Positions 27,101 through 35,954 of a stretch of 64,000 nt of DNA are shown here, piece by piece. A program made the translations under genes and the position numbers. Every line of letters starts with the position of its first letter. The stretch's first letter is position 1. The notes under the pieces were generated by a model that saw only the letters and a list, made by a program, of their open reading frames with translations, was not told where the DNA came from and made no database searches. The stretch is from the sequence record LC819007.1; one strand, given 5' to 3'.

Positions 27101-28173
27101 TCCGTGCCGCTGAAGCCCGCGAGCAGCGCGAGTTCATAGGCCGACTTACCTTCGGGCCCTTGCAGGTTACCGAGGTCCGTCCACACACCACCCGACAGTG
27201 CCCAGAATTCCGGTCCGATCAGGTAGCAGTCACCTTCTTGCGATTCGCCAACCGGCGGGAGCGACGCTTGATCGCCCACTGCGCCGAGCAGACGTGCGCC
27301 ATTGCCCATCGGACCTTGCGGGCCTGCAGCACCATCAGCGCCGTCATCGCCCTTCGGACCCTTGAGCGAAGCCAGGTACTCGGCTTGCGTACCCACGAAA
27401 CCGCCAGCGACGGCCAGTTCGTAGGCGGACTTGCCGTCCGTACCATTCGTGCCGTTCGTGCCATCAGCGCCCTTCGCGCCAGTGTCACCCTTGACACCCT
27501 GGTTGCCTTGCAGGCCTTGAATACCTTGAATGCCCTGATCGCCCTTCACGCCTTTCAGCGAGGCAACCCAGGCAGATTCAGAGCCGACAAAGCCACCAGC
27601 GACAGCCGACTCATACGCCGACTTACCAATAGCGCCGTCAGCGCCGTTGGTGCCGTTCGTACCGTCATGACCGTCCGCGCCCTTCAGGCTAGCCAACCAC
27701 TGCGCTTGCGTACCGACAAAGCCGCCCAGTACAGCGAGTTCATAAGCGCTCTTACCCGCTGCGCCATCCGAACCGCTCGTACCGGTATCACCTTTGTCAC
27801 CTTTGTCACCTTTAAGACCTTGGATACCTTGGATACCCTGGTCTCCCTTGGCGCCGACAAGGCTGGCAAGCCACTGGGCTTGCGTGCCGCCATAACCACC
27901 GGCTTGCGCCAGTTCGAAAGCGGATTTGCCATTCGTACCATCGGCACCTTTGGCACCGACCAGCGACGCAAGCCATTGAGCCTGCGTGCCGCTATAGCCG
28001 CCGTCAACGGCGACCTGGTAAGCGGATTTACCCGCCACCATCAACTGCGCCAGGGTGAACTTAACGTTCTTGCCACCCTGGATGGCCTCGACCACTTCCG
28101 CACCAGTGATGGCTGCTGCGTCAGGGAGGTCAGAGATCCGGTAATACAGTGCGGGATCGAGTGTATCACTCAT
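24103..28173 (-). CDS. Collagen-like long tail fibre (1356 aa) with GKSAY repeats and tandem foldon-like repeats
   Basis: Extensive Gly-X-Y tracts, repeated globular spacer modules, APND..AYVQKGG.W repeats. Confidence 0.9.
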   Translation of the reverse strand: MSDTLDPALYYRISDLPDAAAITGAEVVEAIQGGKNVKFTLAQLMVAGKSAYQVAVDGGYSGTQAQWLASLVGAKGADGTNGKSAFELAQAGGYGGTQAQWLASLVGAKGDQGIQGIQGLKGDKGDKGDTGTSGSDGAAGKSAYELAVLGGFVGTQAQWLASLKGADGHDGTNGTNGADGAIGKSAYESAVAGGFVGSESAWVASLKGVKGDQGIQGIQGLQGNQGVKGDTGAKGADGTNGTNGTDGKSAYELAVAGGFVGTQAEYLASLKGPKGDDGADGAAGPQGPMGNGARLLGAVGDQASLPPVGESQEGDCYLIGPEFWALSGGVWTDLGNLQGPEGKSAYELALLAGFSGTEQDWMDSLHGSDGIGLKVLGSFQTVGDLPPGPEGNTAGDAFIIDAVMWVWDGTSWVPVGQVGPDGKSAYQLAKDAGLIPGTMTLSQWITSLNGKTAYQVAQANGFVGTQAAWLQSLVGKTAYQLALDSGFVGSQSAWLATLVGPQGPKGDKGDQGNVGPMGPGVKILGTVANSAALPGSSGTAGDMYIALDTLHGWAWTGSAFIDVGPVQGPQGLQGVQGVQGVKGDTGDKGANGDSAYTAAVAGGFVGTQAQWLASLQGVAGDSAYQTAVDNGFVGTQTQWLASLKGAKGDTGLTGPTGRGLVITGTVADQASLPATPPDQTAYIAGTHLFLFSSNAWQDLGPFIGPKGDQGIQGIQGVKGDKGDKGDKGDQGIQGIQGIQGVQGVKGDLGPGIKILGTFADSSQLPAHTTEAIGDGYLIQGHFWGWTGAAFEDLGMIQGPKGDQGLQGIQGVKGDKGDKGDTGNTGLQGIQGIQGVKGDKGDKGDTGANVKVLGTKPDTGSLPATGNTAGDAWTVAGHLWSWNGTVWVDAGQWKGDQGDQGLQGLQGDQGLQGIQGIQGLKGDKGDKGDQGDTGAMGPGVKILGTVATSSALPGSATNAGDMYIASDTLHGWAWTGTAFIDVGLIQGPKGDRGLQGLQGLQGVQGIQGLKGDRGDQGTRWIVLGRDPNPADGVVGDYFLNSSTLRFFQKTTTVAWSWLGFLGGGNVYDANLDDTMYVRENGAWVPLPAPVVGEAPLDHGVYIRKDGAWVQQAQAPNDAKAYVQSGGNWTDLATLAAAKAPNDTKAYAQKGGNWVDLSTLTAVAAPNDTKAYVQKGGNWTDASTLLAAIAPNDAKAYVQKGGNWTDLSTLTAVAAPNDSKAYVQKGGNWVDLAGLTSPLAPNDSSYYVAYNNGTTTIGLKRLDRYDLPIAAATATLDLAANQAFTVSAATAKTLAFANAPGANRAMTVVVCVTGNAAAITWPTISWSGGTAPTLGATYTNVILLWDGTKWTGSVGATA

Positions 28174-28196
28174 CTCTTTTATCCTTTTGTGTTAAA

Positions 28197-28745
28197 TCAG
28201 GAAACCGGCTTTTCGAGCACGCGAATGCGACGCTTTTCATCAGTCGGGATGTTACCGTCGACATTCCGAGCGGACGGCTGCTTGGAGTTTGGTGCGTAGG
28301 GGAAAAAGTAATCCCCCGGCAACCACGCGAGAGACGTGGAAGTAATCGTCAACGTAAGTCCATTGACCGGAATGCTGTCAATAGCGGCATCCACGACTTC
28401 GTCCGCCACGAGATCCAAGCCGAGCCCCGCATTGATCTGCGGCAGGATGGCATGAATGGTCGTGGGGAAGCTCATGGGATCGAAGGGGACCAACTCCCCT
28501 TCCGGTAGTCGGCTGAGCGCATCCATGCTCAACCGCTTGTAGTTCACATCCTTCGGCGGGTCACGACGAGTCGTAGTGTAGGCCGTGGCAGGAACCGTTG
28601 TCGAACCAGCAACTGGATCGGGACCCGCAGACGGGGTCCCGAAGTCGAAGTTGACAGCACTCGGCAACACCGGCGTCTGGGCTTTACGGATCAGTTGTGA
28701 CAGGCGCACCTGGCTCGTGCCCTGATAAGGCTTGATACGAGACAT
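28197..28745 (-). CDS. Conserved jumbo-phage tail/baseplate-associated protein (182 aa)
   Basis: Start MSRIKPY; Y.RL...L..L, ILP.IN..LGL, SLAW motifs. Confidence 0.65.
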   Translation of the reverse strand: MSRIKPYQGTSQVRLSQLIRKAQTPVLPSAVNFDFGTPSAGPDPVAGSTTVPATAYTTTRRDPPKDVNYKRLSMDALSRLPEGELVPFDPMSFPTTIHAILPQINAGLGLDLVADEVVDAAIDSIPVNGLTLTITSTSLAWLPGDYFFPYAPNSKQPSARNVDGNIPTDEKRRIRVLEKPVS

Positions 28746-28866
28746 ATTTGACCTTGTCGGCTTGGTGGAAAAAACAAAACGACCCGTTTGGCAAACGAGT
28801 CGCCAATTAAGTCTATAAAATTGCGGCAAAAAAATACAGGACCAGGTTACCCCAGTCCTGTATCGG

Positions 28867-29280
28867 TTACGGCTTCTCGATCTCGGTAACCGGCGCACTC
28901 AGAATCGCGGTAACACGATCTTCAGTGAGCAGGTTCTCGGAGACAAAGAATTCCAGGCCTGCTTTGACATCCGGATCTTCCAGGTCGATGAACTTCGCCA
29001 GCGTCAGACGATCGTAGATCGCCCGCGCCATTGGGTTCGTCTGTACAGCACCCAGAATGGTAGCGTGTTCTTGCAGCGTGAAGCGACGCACCAGCGCCAG
29101 GGTCGAGACCTGACGAGAAAGCGTGCCCTGCATCCCGCTGATTTCAGCAGTCGCCCAAGCCTGAGCGGTTTCTGCATCAGCCCACGGTTCTTGCGTGTTG
29201 GGGTCAAGCGGTTGATCGCGCATCACAACACCATCCCTGAGAATGGTGAGCGTGCCGTCTTTAAATTCAAAGGTGTACAT
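28867..29280 (-). CDS. Tail fibre chaperone-like protein (137 aa)
   Basis: QPLDPNTQEPW, RFT..E, IDL.DP....GL motifs. Confidence 0.7.
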   Translation of the reverse strand: MYTFEFKDGTLTILRDGVVMRDQPLDPNTQEPWADAETAQAWATAEISGMQGTLSRQVSTLALVRRFTLQEHATILGAVQTNPMARAIYDRLTLAKFIDLEDPDVKAGLEFFVSENLLTEDRVTAILSAPVTEIEKP

Positions 29281-29292
29281 GCTGCTCTCTGA

Positions 29293-29823
29293 TTAGCGCC
29301 ATCTGAATGACGGCGGAACGACGGTGCCGCCACCGCCTCCTGTGAACGACCCCATCTGGGCGTACGAAACTGCGGTCTTCCGGTCGTGCTGGCCGTCCTT
29401 ACGCAAACCAGTAGCATGGGCTTTAGCCTTAGCCGTGGTCACGAAAGGACGCGAGGTAGCCGATACGGGCGGATTGGGATTAGCAAAGGACCGAGCAGAC
29501 TTGTGGTCGTGCGGTCGGCCCTTCAGCTGCATCGCGTGAGACTTAGCGATCCGCTTAGTCGTGTAGCTGCGCTGGTTAGCCGTTGCTTTGGCTCGACCAA
29601 ACACACTGACCTTCGCTTTTGCTGTAGCCCGCACCGGGGGTGCTTTCACAGCCCCCGGATTGAAGGTTGCGACCCGCTTGAAAAAAGCAGGTGCAATCTT
29701 TGGCACGATCATCGAAGCATTGGTAAAGCCACTCGCGTAGCTTTTGCCGCGCTTCTTGACAGGGACCGATTTCGTTGCGCCCGGATTAAACGAGGCGGTT
29801 ACCGAAACTCGGATTCCGTTCAT
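29293..29823 (-). CDS. Basic tail-associated hypothetical protein (176 aa)
   Basis: ORF track; overlaps the upstream stop; FNPGA repeat. Confidence 0.6.
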   Translation of the reverse strand: MNGIRVSVTASFNPGATKSVPVKKRGKSYASGFTNASMIVPKIAPAFFKRVATFNPGAVKAPPVRATAKAKVSVFGRAKATANQRSYTTKRIAKSHAMQLKGRPHDHKSARSFANPNPPVSATSRPFVTTAKAKAHATGLRKDGQHDRKTAVSYAQMGSFTGGGGGTVVPPSFRWR

Positions 29824-31505
29824 GTCCAGGCATCCACCGAGAGATCACCAGGACCCGTGATCGTGAACGGCACCAGCGTCGGACCGGCAGTCGTCGTCTG
29901 GATCTGCGAGGACGAGAGCGTCATATTCGCCGTCGGCGAGAGGTTCACTGTGGCCGCGATAAACGCACCGTTGATGTCCTTCACCGCTACCGACAGGTTG
30001 CCCTGTACCGGACCACCCGTGAAGTTGTAGTTGTTGCTGTCGAACGACACGGAGATCGTGTTGACCTGACCCGGCGGCGAGTAGAAGTTCAACCCCAGCT
30101 CACAGAAGACCGTGGGCTTAGCCGAGTCTGGTGTGATGTACCAGAAGCGCCCGGTGCTGTCAAACCCGTACGGCTCCGCTTCCCACCACTGGCTTGCGTT
30201 GTTGCGTTGCACGTAGACACTGTCGACCTTCGACAACACGCCTGCTGCACCCATCGACCAGAATTCGTAACGATCGTCGTAGACCATCACGAAACGCATG
30301 TTCGAATCGTCCGAACCCAGGAATGAACGCGGACCCGGCGCCAGCTGATACGTGCCGAGATACTGGGCCGTGTTCTTGTCGCTGAGTTTGTAGACGTACA
30401 TCGTCGCTGTCGCACCGTTCGGCACGTTGCCGTAGGGCTCCAGACCAAACACCAGCAGGTACTTGTTACCGTCCGTGTGACTGACGAGCACGATACGTGC
30501 AGCCGTCGGCGTACCGGTCGTGCCTTGTAGCGTCATCGGGTTCTGGTCCAACGTCACCAGGTTGTTGCTGACCGTCGGTGTACCGTTCACTCCGCTGATC
30601 TGCACCCGGTGGATTTCCATGGTCCCGGACGTACGCCACAGCACGTAGCTGGACAACTCGTTGACGTCGCTGGCGTAAGCATACGACGGGGCTGAGTTAG
30701 CGTAGCCAAGACCAATCGCTCCAGCCACACCCGCGCCTGTCGGCGTAGCCATACCCGCATTGATCGTCGTGAGCGCCAGCGTCGATTTCAACACAGCGTG
30801 GACTGCGATCTGCGTTGCCTGCTGAGACGAACTGGCGTTGATACCCAGAAAGTACCAGCGCAGGTTCTCATCATTGATCCGGTAGTGATACTGGATTGCG
30901 GTGCCAATCGGCGTGTGGCTACCGATCACTACACCGGTGGTGCCCGCTGTGACTGAACCGGCCGGATAGGATTCGAGTGCAGAGCAGCCGCCGTTGGCAT
31001 TGCTATAACGCAACATGCCAATCCAGCCACCTGGCCCGGGTGGCAGCCAGGCAGTCAGTTCGTTACCGCCGTTGATGCCAGTGACAAACACGCTTTCCGA
31101 ATTGGTAATCACACCTGTTTCGGTATCCGCGTCGATCACGAGGTTATCCGAGCTAGCGGCCAGCATCTGACGAAAGCGCGTCGAGTCGAGCCACAGACCC
31201 GATGTTGTCACGCCCGCCCAGTTACCGCATAGCGCGACATCCATGTCATCCAGCTGGATGTGAGGCGTGCCAGCATTAAGGTTGGCGTTGCGAGTCTGGG
31301 GCTGATAGCCGCGTTTCAGACGCATCGACCAGACGGAGGTCCCACCATTCGCACGGTAGTAGTTGTTAGCCGGAATCGCGGTCTTACCCACCAGCTCACT
31401 CAGGTCGCTGGTCCGGTAGACGTGGCCGTTGATGTGGAGCTTGTCGTTAAACTCCTGGATGAGCTTACCTGGCGCCATCCCTTTGTAATTGATAAGTCTT
31501 GGCAT
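29820..31505 (-). CDS. Tail-fibre-associated beta-rich protein (561 aa)
   Basis: ORF track; propeller/Ig-like composition; in fibre operon. Confidence 0.7.
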   Translation of the reverse strand: MPRLINYKGMAPGKLIQEFNDKLHINGHVYRTSDLSELVGKTAIPANNYYRANGGTSVWSMRLKRGYQPQTRNANLNAGTPHIQLDDMDVALCGNWAGVTTSGLWLDSTRFRQMLAASSDNLVIDADTETGVITNSESVFVTGINGGNELTAWLPPGPGGWIGMLRYSNANGGCSALESYPAGSVTAGTTGVVIGSHTPIGTAIQYHYRINDENLRWYFLGINASSSQQATQIAVHAVLKSTLALTTINAGMATPTGAGVAGAIGLGYANSAPSYAYASDVNELSSYVLWRTSGTMEIHRVQISGVNGTPTVSNNLVTLDQNPMTLQGTTGTPTAARIVLVSHTDGNKYLLVFGLEPYGNVPNGATATMYVYKLSDKNTAQYLGTYQLAPGPRSFLGSDDSNMRFVMVYDDRYEFWSMGAAGVLSKVDSVYVQRNNASQWWEAEPYGFDSTGRFWYITPDSAKPTVFCELGLNFYSPPGQVNTISVSFDSNNYNFTGGPVQGNLSVAVKDINGAFIAATVNLSPTANMTLSSSQIQTTTAGPTLVPFTITGPGDLSVDAWT

Positions 31506-31601
31506 TGCAAAATTCTCTCTTGATGAAACGAGGCGCTCGTTGGAGAGACGAGCGTTTGAGGGGAAAGAGGTCCAGCCATAGGATGACGGGACCCCTCATG
31601 A

Positions 31602-34460
31602 TCACTTGTAGTCGAACGTCAGCACCAGATCGCTACCACCTGTTCCTACAATCTGCAGGGAAATTGCGTAGCCTGGTTGCAACGAATTCGACAACTGGAT
31701 GTAGTCGTTTGAACTACCGGATGAAATCGGCAGCGAGACGGTTTCACTGAAGCCATCGCCGTGACTGATGAAAATATTCAGAATCAGGTCCACCGGACTC
31801 GGCGTACCCAGCTGAATCCGGATACCGGTGAGCATCGAAGCATCGGCAGGCGGATACCAAGGCACTGCAGTCGTCAACGGCGAGATCTTGCCATCGAAGG
31901 CAGCCATTTTCTGGCGAGTCGCTGTCGGGATTTCTACCAGCAACCATTCTCCATTCTTGCGAACGTAGGTGCCGTTATCCTTCGGGGCTTCCAAGACGTC
32001 AATCGGCACCCACTCACCATCGAGTCGAGCCTTGGGAATGCCGTCCGGGTTGGCATCGTAGACGTTACCTCCGCCCAGATACCCCACCCAACTCCACGTC
32101 ACGTTACTGGTCTTTTGAAAGAACCGCAACGTGTCAGAGTTCAGGTAGTAGTCGCCAGGCAATCCGTCGACTGCGTTGGGGTCACGACTCAGCACGATCC
32201 AGCGGTTACCGGTATCGCCTTTGACCCCTTGAATTCCCTGCACCCCCTGGATGCCTTGAATCCCCTGGATACCTTGCGCGCCACGATCACCCTTTGCACC
32301 TTGGATTGGACCCACATCAGTGAAACCCGCACCGGTCCAAGCCCAACCATGCAAGGTGTCCTGAGCAATGTACATATCGCCCAGATTCGTAGCGCTACTC
32401 GGCAAGTCACCACTGGTCATCACCGTGCCAAGAATCTTGACTCCCGGCCCCATCGGACCCGTGTCGCCAGTATCCCCTTTCGCACCTTTGTCCCCAGCGT
32501 TGCCTTGAGGGCCGAGATCCCCCTTGTCTCCTTTATCTCCCTTATCCCCTTTGATACCTTGGGCGCCTTGCAAGCCTTGAATGCCTTGCACACCCTGCGC
32601 GCCCTGCAGACCCTGAATCCCTTTGTCCCCTTTCTCGCCCTGGTCACCTTTCGGACCACGGACGTCACCGGCGTCAACAAAGAACGTGCCGTTCCAGCTC
32701 CAGAGGTGGCCGTTGATCAGATAGCTGTCACCTTTGTTGGCAGCGCTACTGGGCAACTGACTCGGATCAGTGAAGGAACCCAGGACAACAAAGCCAGGAC
32801 CAATGGGGCCTTCGGGACCGATATCACCTTGGTCACCTTTTACCCCTTGTTCGCCCTGATCTCCTTTGTCGCCTTTGTCTCCTTTAACACCCTGAATCCC
32901 TTGCTCACCTTGTTCACCCTGTTCTCCTTGAGGACCACGCACCGGACCAGCATTGGTCCAGCCTGTAGGGGTGTTGATGTAGAGATCCGTACCGATGACG
33001 TAGGCATCGTCGATTGCTGCGTCAGTCGGCAGGGAAGCGGTGTCCGGGACTGTGCCGAGAATCGCAAGACCGCGACCCATAGCACCCTCAGGACCGGCTG
33101 GGCCTGACGGACCAATGTCACCCTTGTCGCCTTTGAGTGAAGCCAGCCACGAGGCCATATCGCCGACGTAGCCTGCGTCTACAGCCAACTGGTAAGCGGA
33201 TTCTCCGTTCTTACCATTCAGTGTTGCCAACCACTGAGTCTGTGTACCAGCAAAGCCTGCGGCAACAGCGAGTTGATAGGCGGAGTCACCCTTCGCTCCC
33301 GTATCACCCTTATCACCTTTGACCCCTGCTGTGCCATCAGCACCAGTGTCACCCTTAGGACCGCGAATGACCCCGAGGTCTTCAAAGGCTTCACCAGTCC
33401 AGCCCCAGAAGTGATCGTCGATCAAGTAACCGTCACCGATCGCATCTGCTGTCTCAGGCAACGCGCTGGAATCATCCAACTTACCCAGGATCTTGATCCC
33501 TGGCCCCAGATCACCCTGATCGCCTTTCTCACCCTTAGGTCCTTGGTCACCCTTGAGTCCAGTGAGTGAAGTCAGCCACTGAGCTTGAGTGCCTTGGAAA
33601 CCATTGGCCACTGCGACATCAAAGGCGCTCTTACCCGAGATCGAGGCCAGCCACGAGAGCTGGTCCCCCGAGAAGCCGTTGGCCTGCGCAACCTGATACG
33701 CTGACTTCCCGTTCAGTGAAGTAATCCACTGGGACAGGGTCATCGACGAGGAAATCAATCCAGCGTCTTTGGCCAACTGGTAAGCCGACTTACCCGGTGC
33801 ACCGACCTGACCCACTGGAGACCACTGGTTGGTGTCCCAGACCCACATGGTCGAGTCGATGATATACGCATCACCCGACTTGTTATCGAAGTTGGGCAGA
33901 TCTCCGATGGCGTGGAACGAACCCAGCACTTTAAGACCAATGCCGTCTGAGCCGCGCAGAGACGCCAGCCAGTCTTCTTCGTTACCCTGAAAGCCTGCTA
34001 CCACCGCCAGCGAGTAGGCACTCTGGCCATCCGGTCCCTGCAGGTTACCCAGGTCTCGCCACTCTCCCGCAATCATCGCGTAGAAGTGGGAGTTGACCAG
34101 ATAACAGTCACCTTCATCAGTCTCGCTCGGATCAGGCAGGTCAGCCACAGCTTGCACCGCACCCAAGAGTCGAGCACCGTTACCCATGGGTCCCTGCGAG
34201 CCAGTGTCGCCCTTGGTGCCCTTCTCACCAGCCGGACCATGCAGACTGGTCAGCCACGCTTCGAGATCTCCCTCGAACCCGTTCTCTACCGCCAAGTCGT
34301 AGGCGTTCTTCCCCAGGACCTTCAGCTGAGCTAAAGTGAACTTGACGTTCTTCCCGTTTTGAATTGCTTCGACGACTTCTGTGCCATCGACGGTTGAGGC
34401 ATCGGGTAGATCGGAGATCCGGTAATACAACTCTGAATTGACAGATGGATCATCGCTCAT
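31602..34460 (-). CDS. Collagen-like tail fibre, paralog of 24103..28173 (952 aa)
   Basis: Same YYRISDLPDA N-domain, GKSAY repeats, Gly-X-Y tracts, EAPKDNGTYVRKNGEW foldon-like motif; start MSDDPS. Confidence 0.9.
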   Translation of the reverse strand: MSDDPSVNSELYYRISDLPDASTVDGTEVVEAIQNGKNVKFTLAQLKVLGKNAYDLAVENGFEGDLEAWLTSLHGPAGEKGTKGDTGSQGPMGNGARLLGAVQAVADLPDPSETDEGDCYLVNSHFYAMIAGEWRDLGNLQGPDGQSAYSLAVVAGFQGNEEDWLASLRGSDGIGLKVLGSFHAIGDLPNFDNKSGDAYIIDSTMWVWDTNQWSPVGQVGAPGKSAYQLAKDAGLISSSMTLSQWITSLNGKSAYQVAQANGFSGDQLSWLASISGKSAFDVAVANGFQGTQAQWLTSLTGLKGDQGPKGEKGDQGDLGPGIKILGKLDDSSALPETADAIGDGYLIDDHFWGWTGEAFEDLGVIRGPKGDTGADGTAGVKGDKGDTGAKGDSAYQLAVAAGFAGTQTQWLATLNGKNGESAYQLAVDAGYVGDMASWLASLKGDKGDIGPSGPAGPEGAMGRGLAILGTVPDTASLPTDAAIDDAYVIGTDLYINTPTGWTNAGPVRGPQGEQGEQGEQGIQGVKGDKGDKGDQGEQGVKGDQGDIGPEGPIGPGFVVLGSFTDPSQLPSSAANKGDSYLINGHLWSWNGTFFVDAGDVRGPKGDQGEKGDKGIQGLQGAQGVQGIQGLQGAQGIKGDKGDKGDKGDLGPQGNAGDKGAKGDTGDTGPMGPGVKILGTVMTSGDLPSSATNLGDMYIAQDTLHGWAWTGAGFTDVGPIQGAKGDRGAQGIQGIQGIQGVQGIQGVKGDTGNRWIVLSRDPNAVDGLPGDYYLNSDTLRFFQKTSNVTWSWVGYLGGGNVYDANPDGIPKARLDGEWVPIDVLEAPKDNGTYVRKNGEWLLVEIPTATRQKMAAFDGKISPLTTAVPWYPPADASMLTGIRIQLGTPSPVDLILNIFISHGDGFSETVSLPISSGSSNDYIQLSNSLQPGYAISLQIVGTGGSDLVLTFDYK

Positions 34461-34594
34461 CTTTCTCACCCTGAAAAATAAATAGAAAAAGGTAGACCCT
34501 ACCTTTTTATCCATAGAATTTGAGTTAAAAAATACAGGGTAAGTGACAGCATAAAGGCCCGGGTTTCCCCGGGCCCGTATGACGCTAGGCTGCT

Positions 34595-35863
34595 TTAGAA
34601 GCCGAGGTCGATGTCCGCGCCGATCACTTCCTTCGACACGTTCTCGGTGGAGACGACGTTGACCAGGTACTGGTTGTTGTCCTGCTCTTGCGGCGACTTC
34701 TGGTTCTCGTTGATGTCGATCCAGTCACGCATGTAGTTCAGCGGGAGTTGGGACGGCATCGTGACACCCAGCTGCGTTTCGACTTCGCGCAGGATGCCGA
34801 ACGAGATACAGACTGCGCGGCCATTGAACAGCGTCCAGTCCTTGAGCTTCGCCACCGTGACACCCGGCAGCTCATCGCCGTCGGAGTGCAGGTAATCCAC
34901 CCAGTTCATTTCACCCGTGAGCACCTCGCACACCGCAGCGATTAGGATCGGACGGATTACTGCGAATGCAGCGCGACCCCACGGTGTCGCCATCAGGTGC
35001 TTGAACACCGCTTCGCCGAACGGCACGTGGTTGGTGTACTCGTCACGGCAGATGGACTGCACCGCTGCACCGATCGGCTCGAACAGGCTCATCTCGCAGA
35101 TCGCGAACGTGACTGCGAACGAGGCCATGAACTGGATACGTTCCAGCATGTACACCGCAGCGATCAGCAACACGACCGCTTGTTCGATCTCCGGCGTACG
35201 GACACCCGTGGTCTGCCATTCCAGAGAAGCGAGCCGCGCACGCTCCATGATCCGGCCAACGGCTGCCATGCGACCGTGTGCTTCACGCACAGCCAGGATT
35301 TCGTTCAGAATCACCGACGGGTCATCGAACGAGCCGCGCACGATTTCCGAGTAGGTCATCGCGTGCAGGTTTTCGTTGTCGATGATACGACCATAGCCGA
35401 CGCGGGACTCCGTTGCCGTACAGAGCGGAATCAATACGTCTGCCAAGCCACGAGCAGCCGTGCTGTCGCCTTCCCACTGCCAGGCGAGGGTACGGATCAT
35501 CATCCGGTAGATCGACGGGCTACAGGTCTTGAATTGCGCCACACACAGCGAGTAGTCGAACTCGTTGTGCTTCCAGTCACTCGCCTTCAGCTCTTCGAAG
35601 AGCGAGAAGAGATCCGGATAGGCCATGTGGATCGTATCGAGCAGGCCGCCCGGCTGGCCCAGGAACAGTTCGGGCTTCTGGTAGTCGTTCTTGTTGACGT
35701 TGAAGATGCGCGTGGAAAGCTGTTCACCGCGCTGCGCTAGCGTCAGGTCGACGTACCCGGCGCGTTCGAGCGCTTCACGGCCCGCATTGGTGATCACGAT
35801 GTTGTTTGCGTTTTCGGACATGTTCTTACTGAGAGATGGGAGGTGAATGAGGTCCTGCTTCAT
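34595..35863 (-). CDS. nrdB: Ribonucleotide reductase class Ia beta subunit
   Basis: Metal ligands and radical Tyr: W.GDS, ENLHAMTY, ERIQFMASF, DEYTNH. Confidence 0.92.
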   Translation of the reverse strand: MKQDLIHLPSLSKNMSENANNIVITNAGREALERAGYVDLTLAQRGEQLSTRIFNVNKNDYQKPELFLGQPGGLLDTIHMAYPDLFSLFEELKASDWKHNEFDYSLCVAQFKTCSPSIYRMMIRTLAWQWEGDSTAARGLADVLIPLCTATESRVGYGRIIDNENLHAMTYSEIVRGSFDDPSVILNEILAVREAHGRMAAVGRIMERARLASLEWQTTGVRTPEIEQAVVLLIAAVYMLERIQFMASFAVTFAICEMSLFEPIGAAVQSICRDEYTNHVPFGEAVFKHLMATPWGRAAFAVIRPILIAAVCEVLTGEMNWVDYLHSDGDELPGVTVAKLKDWTLFNGRAVCISFGILREVETQLGVTMPSQLPLNYMRDWIDINENQKSPQEQDNNQYLVNVVSTENVSKEVIGADIDLGF

Positions 35864-35954
35864 GCGATACCGAAGACCAGTATTTTCTCATCCAAGAAAT
35901 TCGAGGGCATAAACAAGGAAGAGGCGAACCCCTCCCTTGTTTAGTGCTTACTGC

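Noticed and set aside
24583-28299. 1238-aa plus-strand ORF (and 31761..33107)
   Set aside because: Antisense shadow of the collagen-like genes; the Gly-X-Y codon pattern suppresses stops on the opposite strand; no SD or recognisable domain.
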